Below, in pieces: positions 1 through 13,043 of a stretch of 64,000 bases of DNA (position 1 is its first letter; each line of letters opens with the position of its first letter). A program made the position numbers and the translations under genes. The notes under the pieces are model-generated. The model worked only from the letters and a program-made list of their open reading frames with translations, was not told the origin of the DNA and did not search any database. The DNA comes from Felis catus (taxonomy: Eukaryota). The stretch spans positions 132,744,001-132,808,000 of the forward strand of contig NC_058368.1 in NCBI RefSeq assembly GCF_018350175.1, read 5' to 3'.

Positions 1-44
1 AAAAAAAAATTTTTTTAATAAAAAAAAAAAGACATGACAGTTTT

Positions 45-640
45 ATTTGACCAAATTCCAATATAAGCCCACACAGTACAGCACACCTGGGAGGGGTACA
101 GAAGGTAAGAATGAAAGCCTATAAGAGTGTGTTGATGGAAGGTTGTGTCCAGATCAAAAGAGTTCTTCTGGACCCAGATGTGCTAAGATCATTCACAGCT
201 AGAATATCGTGTTCTGTTCTAGGTGTCACATTTTAAGCAGATTTTGACCAAGTATTACAGTGTTTGAAAGAGTAGGGACAGGCAGGTGATGACTTCTCGA
301 GAGGAATACATTGAAGAAAGGGAATTTCAGCCTTCCTGAAGGTGAATTCAGCAATACAAATGAAAGCTGTATTCAAATACTTAAGGTATGGCAGAGAGGA
401 TAGGTTATTCTACATCTCCAGAAGCCAAAGCTTAGAAATATGGTTGGAAAATACAAAGAGGTTTTAATTCAACATGAGAAAGTTGTTTCTAATAATTATT
501 GTTGACTGAAATATATTCTGCTGCTGTTAATGAAGATCAAAGCAAAGCTTGTGGCTACCAGGAGTGTTACAGCAGGCATTCCTCCTTTGAGTAGACTTTC
601 ATACCAGATCAGCTTTGAAGTCTCCCCAAAGTTTAAGATG
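45..640 (+). mobile_element. L3/CR1 LINE 3' fragment (ancient)
   Basis: Degenerate match to the L3 3' end: 'ctagaatatcgtgttctgttctaggtgtcacattttaag', 'gtattcaaatacttaagg', 'tttgaagtctccccaaagtttaagat'. Confidence 0.65.
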
Positions 641-1484
641 CAACAATTGTATAATCTTCATCAGAAAAACATCACTCAGGTGAAAGAAACGTTTACACAC
701 TGGATCTTACAAATGGTATGTAGATGATTGCAGCTGTCCATACGGCAGATATCTGATTTAAGCATATATAGTTTATATTGCCTTATTCCTCTTCCATAAT
801 TAGTCAGTGCTTATCCAGAGGTCATTATCAGACTCCTTATGGATAATCTGGTAACAGGATGAGAGGTCAGTTGTGTATGACCATAATAAAGCTAGGGATT
901 CTTGCAGTTGCATTTTCTTCCATTACAGAATTTATAGTTGTTCTCTGCCCGTTCCACCCATCACTATCTTCATCAAACATACACAGACGCCAAAATCAAA
1001 CTCAAGTACCCAGTTTATTATACATATGCTCCACCATATTGTGATTTCTGAGTCATTGTTTATAGCCCCATAACCCCTGTCCTCTACAGTCCCTTGACTC
1101 ATGGTGAATAGTCCCTAAGTGTATGTTAAATAAACATATCTTCTTTGAAATTACCTTCTGCTATAAGGATGGATTTATCTATGTAGATGATATGAATCTA
1201 CATAGGTAAAATTGTTTTACACTTTCTACATGAAGAGGCCCTTATCCTTAGGGACTGAAAGAGTTTCTCTATGAATTAGATGAAAGAAACATGTATTTTG
1301 TAAAAGAAAAATTGGAGAATGGAAAATATTTCTGAAGATTCCTCCACTTTTCTCTGTGATTATGTACTCTAAACCTAGGAATTTCTTAATCTACAATCTC
1401 TGGTTCCCTAGAAAATCTATGAAAAGAAGAGTGAAATTAGACGTCCATGGTTGTCCAGAAAATTAAAAAACTGTTGTTTTTTAA

Positions 1485-1600
1485 TTCATTTTGAAGACTG
1501 TAAAGTGCCCATTATGTATCAGGCACTGTGTTAGGCACTGTGGATACAAAAAATGACAAAAACTCCTGAGCTCATATTGCTTAAATATAGTGAGAAAAGG
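1485..1600 (-). mobile_element. L2 3' fragment
   Basis: 'tatgtatcaggcactgtgttaggcactgtggatacaaaa' is the reverse complement of the L2 3' terminus. Confidence 0.6.
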
Positions 1601-2299
1601 AAATAAATGGAGATAAATTATAGAAGAAAGGTATGTTTAAAAAGCCTTCTTGTTGTTTTTCCTGACAATGGTTGACTCCATTGTACAATTTGACTTGTGT
1701 CACCAAATTTTATGATTACCATGCCACCTGCCACCACAGACATTTCTAACAAAATGGTTGATTTTCTCTTTTTTCAGCCTGTCAGCAGTGGGACTAAATG
1801 GTGCCCTTCCATCTGTCTTATATCCAGGAGTTTCTCAGGCCCTGTGATTAAAGGACTTAACAAGAAAGAGGTGAAAATATTCCCTTTAACCCTATCTATG
1901 CATTGTGATCAAATGCTTATAAACCCCTAGCCCTTAGAGGACTCACATGGGACTCATCTTAACCTGATAAGTATGATACACCCAAGAGGCATTGGTACAT
2001 CCTATAAATCTGAAAATAGGCTGTTAAGATGACCCATCAAGCTATTTAGAGATGGTCCAGAATTCATCAAGATTCCTTACTTCCTTCTCCCATCAGTGTT
2101 AGTTTTCCATTGCTACTAATAAGAGCTGAGGAAAAAGCACCCAACTCTTGATTCCTTTACTGCCCATTATTTACAACTTCCCTTACTAAGGATAGCAATT
2201 AATTAAGCAGATCAATGAAAGACTAAAAAACTTCAAAGTTCCAAGTTTCATGAGGACTGGAACTGGACTTTAAGCTTCTATCCCATTTCCCTGTGTAAA

Positions 2300-2510
2300 T
2301 GGACTATAATTTATTTAATCAATTTGTTGTCAGTGAGCTTTTAGGTCATTTTCACTCTTTGGACATTACAAACAATGCTGCCAAGATTATCTTTCCAAAT
2401 ATATAGTTTTCCACATCTGTCAGTTTATCTAGTAAACAAATTCTTAGAAGTGTAGTTCCTGGTTCAACAGGAAGAGGCATTTTAAGTATTGCCAGGTATT
2501 ATCAAATTAG
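2300..2510 (-). mobile_element. Old L1 (L1ME-like) fragment
   Basis: 'tttaggtcattttcactctttggacattacaaacaatgctg...ttcttagaagtgtagttcctgg' resembles the antisense L1M ORF2 end. Confidence 0.55.
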
Positions 2511-4528
2511 AGCCATGTGTCTTAATACCGTTTAGTACAGTTGTTTAACATTGAGGCAGTCACTAAAAATGAATAAGGAAAAGTGATGATTGGTAAAAAA
2601 AAAACAAAAAAAATTCTGGTTCATACTACTTTCCCCCACTGGGTGATGAGACTAAAAGTTGGCTTCTTTCAGAAAGTGGTAGGAGTAATTCCAGACAGGA
2701 ATTTTCTTTCTCTATTAATGATTGGATAGGTCCTATAAGGAATGTAAGACTTTATTCCAGAACAAAGCAGTCATCAGTCCTTTGTGTTCAGGGCTAAGTG
2801 GGGAAAACCAAAAGATCCATTTTGTCATCCCTGTCCCAAATCAGATGCCTTTCTACAGTCTTAAACATTTGTGTGACTGACAAGTGGGACTTGTGTTGTC
2901 ATCCACAATGCAATCACTGTTCTGAACACGCACATGGCCCACTCTGCCTCAGCTTCAATTATAAAATCTTCAGCCAGAGGCTATTATCCTCTGTTTTGTT
3001 CAGTCAGCAGTACAGTTAGCCAGTGAATTTCCAACTGGGATCAGGTGGCAAGAGAGAAATTTCTCAGACTTCATCTATCAATCCCTTTTATACCCCAGTA
3101 GGTTTCTTTGTTTGGGGGGCCCCTGATGAGGGAAATTTTTCTGAAGCCCCAACTTTGCATTTCCTTTTTAAATTCCACTGTAGTTAAGGATAGGGAAATA
3201 GGAGTAGTTGAATGGTGACTTCTGTAAATGAAGACAGAACCTCCAAATTCACAGAGCTCATTCCTTCTGTGTAATGAGTTTCATGTCACTCATTCTTTGG
3301 TAGATAAGCTACATCCTGTGGTCTAACCAGGCCTATGAAGCATTGCTTTCTCTCCTGCCTTCCCTGTCTTTCATCTGTCTTTCTCCCAAAAGACTAATTA
3401 GATGAATGGAAGATTCTAAGCAAATATCTCCAAATCCCATTAGGAGCACAACAGAGGTCTGAGGCAGAAAACAGCTAGTGAGGCCGTGCAGGCTTGGAGG
3501 GCTTTTCTCACAATATCCCATTTTAAGAACAGTCAATATTGTCATGGCTACATGCTAAAGAAGAGATTTGGAAGGACTAGAAGAGGGGCAAATTATATTC
3601 AGCCACCCTTAGAAGTAAATGCCTTTTAAAAATGTCTGCAGAATGCCTAAGAGCTCTCGAAGATTTGGCTTCTTTCCTAACTGATCATCCAAATTTCAAG
3701 TAAGATTAAATACTTGTTCCAGAAAGCCAGACTGCTACCTGGTTGACCTCTATCTACTGAAGTTCAAGGGTAAGGTGGAACATCCACTAAGCACTATTTA
3801 ATATTTTGAATCCTAATTTAACTTTCTGCTAGTTAAAGCCAACTTCTTTTATAAAGGTAGTGTAGAGTTGTGTTAACATCTACAGAGACCCGATTAGTTC
3901 CTCCGTTTACCTAATAAAATTCTCAGGACCGTATCCAAATTTAGCTGGGCATGTTAGTACAGCAACACACTGTTGTCTGTGGTGCCAGTAGACAAAATGT
4001 CAGTACGCCTGTTGCATTCCTCTGGGATAATAGAAATGAAGTCATCACATCAGAAAATGGATCATGTGCTCAGGATACACTTCTCTCCCCATGAACACAC
4101 TGGCGCTCTCAGGTTAAGGTCACTGATCCAGTAGCTGGAAGGGTTCTCATAGCTAGGAGAGGGTGAGGCAGAAGTGCCACTTAGGAACACAGAGGTTTCT
4201 GGTACTGGAGACAATAATGACAGAGGTTGGTAGGAGGCTGGTTGAAGGTGCCTGTCAGAAGGTAACTGCTGGAACGTCAGTGTCAGAATGCAGGGACAAG
4301 AACCTGACAGCAGGAAGTGCTGGCTGTGAACAATTTCAGGACTCAAAAGAGAGGGGGACACTAATATTTCAGAGAGGAAAGTGGCTTCAAGATATACTTG
4401 ATTAACAAATTATTATTTTAATTCAAGATAAGTAGGGGAAGCTTTGCTTTTCAAAAGTAATATAAGAAAATATCTAATTACTTCCAACAAATTTCAGGTC
4501 TTGCCAGCCTTTAATAATAAAAAGGTGT

Positions 4529-4735
4529 GGGGGCGCCTGGGTGGCTCAGTAATTTAGGTGTTTGACTTCGGCTCATGTCATGATCTCAGGTCTGTGAGTT
4601 TGAGCCCTGTGTTGGGCTCTGTGCTGACAGCTCAGAGTCTGGAGCCTGCTTCGGATTCTGTGTCTCCCTCTCTCTCTCTGCCCCTCCTCCCCTCTAAAAA
4701 ATAAATAAACATTTTTAAAAAATTTAAAATAAAAA
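4529..4735 (+). mobile_element. CanSINE
   Basis: GGGGCGCCTGGGTGGCTCAG head, (CT)n tract, AATAAA and A-rich tail. Confidence 0.95.
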
Positions 4736-4761
4736 GCTATGAAGTTAGAAGAAAATTCCTA

Positions 4762-4903
4762 GGGGTGCCTGGCCAGCTCAGTTGGTGGTAGGGCTGCCTG
4801 GCTAGCTCAGTTGCCTGCTTGATCTCTTGATCTCAGCATTGTGAGTTCGAGCCCTATGCTGGGTACAGATAACTTAAAAATAAATTACCAAAAAAAAAAA
4901 AAA
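4762..4903 (+). mobile_element. Short tRNA-like CanSINE with duplicated 5' head
   Basis: Two tandem 'tgcctggc(c/t)agctcagttg' heads, B-box-like 'gagttcgagccc', poly-A; flanked by aaaattccta/aaaactccta. Confidence 0.85.
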
Positions 4904-6329
4904 ACTCCTAAAACCTTCCATATTACCTCTTATTTATGGAAATTTTTGTAGTCTTGTTTTAATGGAACATTACCTGAGTTCACCTTTACTGTGCATGCCA
5001 GAAGAATCTAGATGTCATCTTGAGACTCTAGAGGAAGCAATAAAAGGAGCTGTTTGGCAAACTTGACAACCATCTCTAACATTTCTAAACAGCCTAATCA
5101 ATAAGGATAAATGGTGTGGGTTAACTCTCTAGGAACCTATAGCCAATGTAACCAACTGACCAACTGTCCCCCCATCAGAAGCATGTTTCTCAAGTCTTGG
5201 AAATTATCCTTTTTATCTTGATTTTTATCTTGAATCCTTCTCTGTGCCCACACAGCTCACCCTGCCCCTCCACCCTTTCATACAACATTCTCACTTACAC
5301 CAGATTCTTTGGGTAAAGAAAATACAGTTTCAGGGCAGGTGTTTCTTTGATGCTGAGACACTTAAAAGGTAAGCATGGAAACTGAGAGAAGTAAATGCTT
5401 ATTCCTTTCCCATCTGAGTTTTGCAAACTGCAAGAGAAGACAGCACAATCTCAGTCAGTGTGTGTTTCATTTCCTCTTGTCTCTCTCTCACGCTGCTCAG
5501 GATTAAGTGTTCCCCCTACCCTCAACCAAAATAGAAATATGATCTCATGTTTGTTTATTGGGTTGGCTTTGCATTTCCTAGGACAATAGGGTGTAAATTT
5601 TGACTTACTGACGTTACTTCTTCCCCCAAACCCAGGGAAAGTCTTCAGGGAGCTTGCTGTAAGCATATCCAAGTGCCGCTGAATCTCTTAGGTAGACACT
5701 GTGTAAAAATAGAGCAATGCTTTCGGATGCTAAAGTGGCATCATTCAGTAGCACCATCTCTATAAGCCAGGTGCACGTCCAAAGATTCTGCTAAACAGAG
5801 TTGCCAAATACTAATTAAGCTAATTGGTTATCAGTGCTATTCTTAAATCTTGTGATTTGAGGATTTCTCCAGTGAGAAGAAAGAGGGATATATTTATTCC
5901 ATTCTCCATAGAAAATACACAAATTCTGATCACATTGTATAGTCAAGTGAGCCAGAAATTATCAAGAAAAATGACTTGATCTCAACAGTTTGGAGAGAAA
6001 ATGTCAAGTGTCTGGATGTGTGTGTTTATTTCTTTCATTGTCATTTCATGGTGTCCAATAAATAATAAAATATATTTCCAAAGGAAAAAACAGGCTAACT
6101 GAAATAAGACATATCAAAATGAAAAGACTCAATAGGTGCTACAATTTTCCATGATGGAGGAATGAAAACAAATTTTCAGTGAAGAAAATAGGATAAATTT
6201 AAGAAACTAGAGAGTTTCAAATGCATAGGAAACAAGGGAAAAAAGAAGTTACTATACTTCTGAAGCCAACAGTGTAATTCCACGTCACAGCCATCGGATT
6301 GGGGGCCATATGACAGGATGTATTAAGGC

Positions 6330-6628
6330 TGAAGATGAACATGTCCAAAAATTCCAAGATACGTACCAGACAAGCTCTTCTGAATAGCATGAGATACCTA
6401 CTAGAATGCTCACAAGAGCTTTGTTTGGAATCATGAAACAGTTGAAACCATGAAAATATCCACCAACAGAAGAGTAGATGATACATTGGGGCAGATTTGA
6501 GTAACAGGCTATATTTCAGTTAGAATGAGTGAACTAAAAGCTACATCTATCATATAGGTATCACTTAAAAAAAATATCAAACGCAAAATCCCACTGCAGA
6601 AAGATACGTTGAGGTTAGTATTTTTATA

Positions 6629-6673
<45 letters not shown>

Positions 6674-6830
6674 TTTAAAACAATACTATTTATCTTGGAT
6701 CTATACGCAGTAGTAAAAGTACAAAAATATCCACATGAAAATGGACACCAAATCCAGAATAGGATTTCCTCTGGTGAGGGGAAAAGAATGGGATCTGGGA
6801 GAGATACTTTCAACTATAAGTGCAATCGTT
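6330..6830 (+). mobile_element. Old L1 (L1ME-like) 3' fragment
   Basis: 'gaaacagttgaaaccatgaaaatatccaccaacagaagagtagatg' resembles the L1M ORF2 end/3'UTR. Confidence 0.55.
6631..6670. repeat. (GT)20 microsatellite
   Basis: Read directly from the sequence. Confidence 0.98.
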
Positions 6831-7189
6831 TTTTCTTCAAAAATCCAGTACAAATCTTTTTAAAGCTTTCTTTTTTATTCCTTGAAATACTTTTAGTTAA
6901 AAAACAAGTATAATGCTTCTGAGGGGTTTATCAAAAGGTGGCTTTCAAAACCAAGTTTTTACCAGTCCATCCAACTTCAATCTTGCAAAATCCAGGCGTA
7001 GATAATTCCCCCATTCAAATATTTTAAAGATGCCCCTTGGGTGTCTCCACCAAAGCCAAAAATGAGCATTCTAATCCAATGAAGATCAAGTTGAGGTTGT
7101 TATATGAAAAATATGAAAGTTAGAGGGCCTGAGTCTTGCTCTCATGACCACATTGGTACTCCTGGCCCCAGTACTTAACCTAAGAGAGG

Positions 7190-7695
7190 TGGCTTTGATT
7201 CCTGACTGCTCCTTCCCCGACTGTAGTACTCAACCAGTGCTCATTACCATTGCCACTTTTCTTCCTTCCCAACAGAGCCCACATTTTCATCAAGTATCTT
7301 GATTCATCTAAGGGTAAGTCCATGGCCTTTGCCAATAATTGACTCAGGGGTGGGCATATGAATTCCTTTGGGCCCATGATAAGTGAGGGAAAATTTGCTA
7401 AGGACTTCTGAGGATGGTTTCCTAGTTTTCAAGACAAAGTTACAGAAAAAAACATTGTTCTCCTCTGGCATCATCATGTGTAGCATTGGGACCTAAAACT
7501 GCACAAGGCTCAAGATGAAGCCAGCCCTTATGGGATAGAATCAAGAGAATTATAAAGAAATAGTGCAGCTAGATTGTGTCAAGTGTGAAGTCCATCTGGG
7601 CATCCAAGAAAGTGACCCAGTATAGCTCTGTGTTGTTTAAACCATTTGGAATTGGGTTTTTGTTCCTTGTGACCAAAGGCATTCTAAGTGAAGCA
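7190..7695 (+). mobile_element. MLT1 (ERVL-MaLR) solo LTR, old J/K/L-like subfamily
   Basis: MLT1-type 3' end 'gtttaaaccatttggaattgggtttttgttccttgtgaccaaaggcattctaagtgaagca'. Confidence 0.65.
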
Positions 7696-8090
7696 TACAT
7701 ATATGATTCAGCTTCCTCAGCTGTAAGTGATGGTATTAACATCTGGCCTGCCCTACCACTCCAATGAGTGGTTTTGGAGCTCAAGATGAGCCAATGTATG
7801 TGAATGTGCTTTGCAAACTATAAATTACTATTCAAGGGCAAACTGGTACTATTATTAATAATTTTACTATGAAGTTTGAGATACATATTTTAGTTCACTA
7901 TGTAAATTATGTATGTCTTAGAATGTAGTTATTTGACTCATTTAAGTGATACTTCAAAAACATGAAAATTTATATGTCATTCTTTTGAATCACATAAAGC
8001 AGTTATATATTTATACTATCGGTTGAGAATATCCTCAGCAATGAGTTTTTACTTGAGTACAAGTTCGAGGCATTTTAAATAGCCATTTAT

Positions 8091-8315
8091 GAGGCACCTG
8101 GGTGGCTCAGTCAGGTAAGCGTCTGACTTCAGCTCAGGTCATGATCTCATGGTTTGTGGGTTTGAGCCCCACATTGGCTCTGTGCTGACAGCTCAGAGCC
8201 TGGAGCTTGCTTTGATTCTCTGTCTCCCTTTCTCTCTGCCCCTCCTCCCCCCACCCACTCATGCTCTCTCTCTGTCTCAAAAATAAACATTAAAATAATA
8301 ATAATAAATAAATAG
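8091..8315 (+). mobile_element. CanSINE
   Basis: Full head, (CT)n and tail; TSD aaatagccatttatg on both sides. Confidence 0.95.
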
Positions 8316-9149
8316 CCATTTATGTTAAAGGAGTTAAAGGACCTTTGTCTGTAAAATATGGGCTCATTACTTAAAAATTGTGTCATCTTTGTCATAACCT
8401 GTCTGTATCTCAACATTTACAGTATCTATAAGGGTTAAGGTAGAAAATACATGTAAAATACTTAGAGCAGGGCCTAACAGGTGACACAGTGGCAAGCAGA
8501 ATAATAACAGCCAATACTTACTAACACTTACTATGTTCTAGACATGTTCCAAGCACTTCACCTTTACCAACTCATATACGAGAACTGTCCTGTAGAGTTG
8601 TTGTGGCTTTCATTTTTAGAATAGCTTTATTGTTTTAGGGAAAATGTTACATGCTATTACTTTAAAAATTAAAACAATACAGAAAAGAATACAAATGAAA
8701 TGAAAGTCATCTTGTTACCTGGATGGTAAATAAGCTGGATAAACAACCAGACACTTCTCTGTTTAATGTGTCATGTACATATGCATACACATACATGCAC
8801 ACAAGCATATATGATGTGTGTATGTGCATATATCCATACCTAAGTTATACACACATATGTACACAGCACACATCTATTTTTAGTAGGACAAAAAGAAATG
8901 GCTCTATTTTTTTCACTATATAGTTGATTCCACATCCTAGGGGATAAAGATGTAAGACTTCATACTGTTTAGAATATTGCTTGTCTAGTCAGGCAACAGA
9001 CACCTAAATACATCTTTACATAAATACGGTCATGCTTTCTTTTGTTTACTGGTCTTAATTTTTTTCATTTAAAGTAGCCCTTCAGACACAGTACATCACC
9101 ATTACTGTTTTCATCATAACTACTTATTCCTTCCTAACATTTCTTTATA

Positions 9150-9343
9150 TATATATTTTAATGTTTATTTTTGAGAGGGAGAGAGAGAGACCAGGGGAGG
9201 GGTGGAGGGGGGCAGACAGAGTTTCTGAAGCAGACTCTGTGCTGACAGCAGACAGCTGGGTGCGGGACTCAAACTCACGAACCACAAGATCAGGACCTGA
9301 GCCGAAGTTGGACTGTCAACCGACTAAGTCTTTCAGGCACCCC
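9150..9343 (-). mobile_element. CanSINE
   Basis: Reverse-complement CanSINE ending 'caggcacccc'. Confidence 0.9.
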
Positions 9344-9373
9344 TAAATCTTTTGTTGTTTTTTTTTAATTTTT

Positions 9374-9580
9374 AGGGGCTCCTGGGTGATTCATTTCATT
9401 GAGCATCTGACTATTGATTTCAGCTTAGGTCATGATCTCGTGGTTCATGCTATGGAGTCCCATGTCAGGCTCTGCCCTGATAGCATGAAGACTGTTTGGG
9501 ATTTTCTCTCCCCTCTCTCTCTGCCCCTCCTCTGCTTATCCTCTCCCTCCCTCTCTCAAATAAATAAACTTTGAAAAAAA
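9374..9580 (+). mobile_element. CanSINE (older)
   Basis: Head, 'caggctctgccctgatagcatgaag', (CT)n, tail. Confidence 0.9.
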
Positions 9581-9589
9581 ATTTAATTT

Positions 9590-9795
9590 TACTTGTGGTA
9601 AAAAACACATAACATAAAATTTACCATCTTGACCAGTTTCAAGGGTACAGCTCAGTAAAGTATATTCACGTTGTGCAAACGATTTCCAGACCTTTTTCAT
9701 TTTGTGAAAGTGAAACTCTGTGCACATTAAGCACAACTTTCTATTTTCCCCTCCCCCATCCCAGTATCATTCTACTTTCTGTTTCTATGAATTTG
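9590..9795 (-). mobile_element. L1MB-like 3' UTR fragment
   Basis: 'ttgtggtaaaaaacacataacataaaatttaccatcttgacc' is typical of the antisense L1MB 3' end. Confidence 0.75.
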
Positions 9796-9999
9796 CAATC
9801 TTATCTTTTTTTAACTCAACATTTATTCCCCAGCATTCCGGATAGTCATGCTTCACAAGTATTTGTTGAGTAAATGAATGGATTTGTATTTGCACTCTAC
9901 AGAAACAAGAAACACACAAAAAGAGGTCACAGCCTCATTTGCGCTAAGAAATCAATAACCTCCAAATAGCTAAAACTTATTGAACATCTACTATGTACC

Positions 10000-10635
10000 A
10001 GGCACATGACACTAATTCTGCCCTTGGCCTCTACAGTCAGTTCCCAACACAACAGCCAGAGTGATCCTTTAAATATGTCAAATCCTCTGCTCAAAACCCT
10101 GCAATGGCTCCCAATTACACTAAGATAAAAAGTCAAAGTTTTCATAGTGGACTATGGGCCCGATCCTACCTGGACCTCTTTACTTCTCTTACCTTTTGCT
10201 GCTTTCTGTCTCTGTCCCTTCCCCTCCAACCACACTGGATTCTTTGCAGTTCCTCAAACATTCCAGCAACACTCACCAGTGGGCCATTGCGCTTGTTGTT
10301 CTTTCTACCTAGACCATTCTTGTCCTGATATCCACATTGCTCGTGCCCTTACTTCGATCAGCTCTTTGCTCATAACTCAACTTCCTAGGGATGTGATCCC
10401 GGGCTACCCTCCTGAAAAGAGCAGCATGTGCCCCAATTACTTTCTGTATTTTCATCTGTGGAAATTACCACATGATCTACACATATTTCCCTAATGTACT
10501 TTTGTTTGCTTTCTTTTTCTGTCTCCATCATCATTGTTATTTTTGTCTGTTTTATTTACTACCATATCCCAGTGCCCCGAACTATGCCTGACACATAGTA
10601 AGTTCTCAATAAATATTAGTTTAAAATGAATGAAT
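10000..10635 (+). mobile_element. L2 (L2a-like) 3' fragment
   Basis: 'cagccagagtgatcctttaaatatgtca...ctgctcaaaaccctgcaatggctccc' and terminus 'tgcctgacacatagtaagttctcaataaatatt...tgaatgaat'. Confidence 0.85.
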
Positions 10636-11255
10636 TCATACATAGTGATAGAAAAGCAGGTCATTGTTTGCCTTGGACTAGTGAGGAGTGGCAAATGACT
10701 GAGCAGGGGTACAGGGAACTTCTATATCTTGATCATGTGTATGATTACACATGTGTATAAATTTATTAAAAGTCTTTGACATATACATTTAAGTTATATC
10801 ATATGCAAATGATACCTCAAGAAATGGATTTTTTTTAAATAGCACTTTGCTTCAAGTCAGCATTTGCAAAGTAGTAAAGCTATAATTCAAACCCAGGCGT
10901 GTCTGATTCCAAAGTCCTTCCTCTTTTTATGAGGTTATACCACCTCCCCTAACCTCTGCCCTACATAGTTTCCACGACTGACCCCACTGAGTCCTTCACC
11001 AGAAGACTCATTCTCACCTGTTTTCAGATTTGCAAATCTTCAAGACAGGCAATATGTTTTTGGTTTTATCTCTCCCACACTTTTAGATCTTAGGAATGTT
11101 AATCAGATAGGTGAGTGGAATACATTTGTATCCCTCTGGAAGGATGGTATAATGCAAAAAACCCATAGCCTATTTTCTAGGATAAAGTTATTACCTCTCA
11201 AGGGCTCAGATTGCACATCTACAGATACTTGAGATACTCAATGATACCACACTGG

Positions 11256-11635
11256 TGTAATGGTCACTTTTATTTGTCAGCTTGACTGGGCTATATACAA
11301 TATGTAGTTGTCCAATCAGACACTAATCTGGGTGTTGCTGTAAAGATATTTTGTAGATGTGATGAACGTCTACAACTATTTGACTTTAAGGAAAGGAGAT
11401 TATCTTCCATAATCTTGGAGAGAACCAATCAGTGGAAAGCCTAAGAACAGAATTGAGGTTTTTCCCAAGGAAGAAGAAATGCTGTCTGTGAAGTCAAATG
11501 TCAACTCCTTCCTGAGAGTTTCCAGCCTGCCTTTCCTGATGGTCTCTTCTGCAGATTCTGGACTTGCTCACCTAGCCCCCACAATCACATAAGCCACTTC
11601 CTTGCAATAAATCTCTGTCTCTGTCTGTGTGTGTA

Positions 11636-11674
<39 letters not shown>

Positions 11675-11688
11675 TATGAAAAGCATAC
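11256..11688 (+). mobile_element. MLT2 (ERVL) solo LTR
   Basis: Starts 'tgtaatggtcacttttatttgtcagcttgactgggcta'; contains 'cacaatcacataagccacttccttgcaataaatctct' and the typical internal (GT)n. Confidence 0.85.
11639..11672. repeat. (GT)17 microsatellite in MLT2
   Basis: Read directly from the sequence. Confidence 0.95.
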
Positions 11689-12839
11689 AGGAGTCCTGAA
11701 AATGTGAGTTCTTCCAACTGAATTATAGTGCCTGCGGCTAATTAGCCCCCAGGTATTCATGTTCTTAACTGGAGTTAGGGTGTTTACAGGGATGAGCTCT
11801 GAATCAATATGGTTATGTTACCGTCTCCTCCCTCTCCCTGCCTATGGTAAGGTCAGCTTTGTATTGATCTCTATACTCAAATTATTCCAGACTTAAGCCC
11901 TTCCCTATCCTTCTAACCCTTGCCCCTACTTCCCCTTTAGACTGAGTCATGAGTGGTAAGTACCTCCTGAATTTCCTATAACTGTGCCCAGCCTGCTTTA
12001 TTGAAAGTCCAATGGTCACTACTTCTGGAATTTGAATGATTGTGTCCTTTGGAAGCTGCATCAGTAGTTCTGTGTGTCCCAACTACCTAGGTTTCTGGGG
12101 TCAACCTTAGTAGCCAGGTCCATCTTGCTGTCCAACCTTGATAGTCAGATCTTAAGCCTTCTCCATCTCACCAACTTCATGTGGCCACCAGCAGAACCTC
12201 AAGCTTGTTAAGTCTTGATACAAGCTGTAAAAGATGGTTAGAAAGATCGTTCCAATGAATTAGGAGTGGCTCAGTCACAAAGAATAGGGCCTTTTCCAAA
12301 AGCAAATTGGACCCAATTTTCCAAAGCTCAGATTAAAAACATACTCTGTGGGTATGTGTGTGTGTGTATACATGCCTAACTTTGTGACTGTATTTTCAGA
12401 AATTATTTTTCAACTAGCTCTTTTGTAGTATAATTTATAGTTCTTAACCACTCTGTCCACGCAGCTGATGATTCGGTATATGCCGAATTCTGCAAACTCT
12501 TAAAAGTCCACGAGGATGGGAGAATGTTAAGCAAATATTGACTTTTTAAAAATTACTCATTGTAGTCATGAATTTCAACTTCCTTTACCGCAAAAACCTT
12601 ACATCCAAGTTGTGAACAACTACCAAGAATGACTAATCTAAGATTGTTTTTCTCTTCTCACTTCTCCCCTCATAATACTTAAAGCAGTGATTGAAAACAA
12701 ACAAAAGTGAGATATCTTAATTAACCCTAGACTTAATGGTGGAGATTTCTATATCTAATAGCTGTGCCCTTGGCCAGATCACTTAACGTCCTTGAAATTC
12801 ATCAAAAACTAAAGCACCTAGACTGGCTGTTTTTCAGTC

Positions 12840-13043
12840 TTTTTTTTTTAATGTTTATTATTTATGTTTGAGAGAAGGAGAGAGAGTGCAAGCGAGGGGC
12901 AGAGAGAGGGAGAGAGAGAGAGGGAAACAAGGAATCTGAAGCAGGCTCCAGGCTCTGAGCTGTCAGCACAGAGCCTGACACGGGGCTCGAACTCACAAGC
13001 CATGAGATCATGACCTGAGTGGACTGAGCTACCTAGGCACCCC
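12840..13043 (-). mobile_element. CanSINE
   Basis: Reverse-complement CanSINE with a small deletion near the head. Confidence 0.92.

Noticed and set aside
1778..1870. Plus-strand 93-nt exon candidate after a strong polypyrimidine acceptor
   Set aside because: The donor (GAG|gtgaaa) is weak and the peptide is unrecognisable.
4062..4361. 99-aa Ser/Pro-rich minus-strand ORF as a possible terminal exon
   Set aside because: No recognisable protein similarity and no clear acceptor; ORFs of this size are expected by chance in 64 kb.
12466..12545. TGATGA box plus hairpin attcggt-atat-gccgaat as a possible C/D snoRNA
   Set aside because: No properly placed terminal CTGA D box or terminal stem; the hairpin is only 7 bp.
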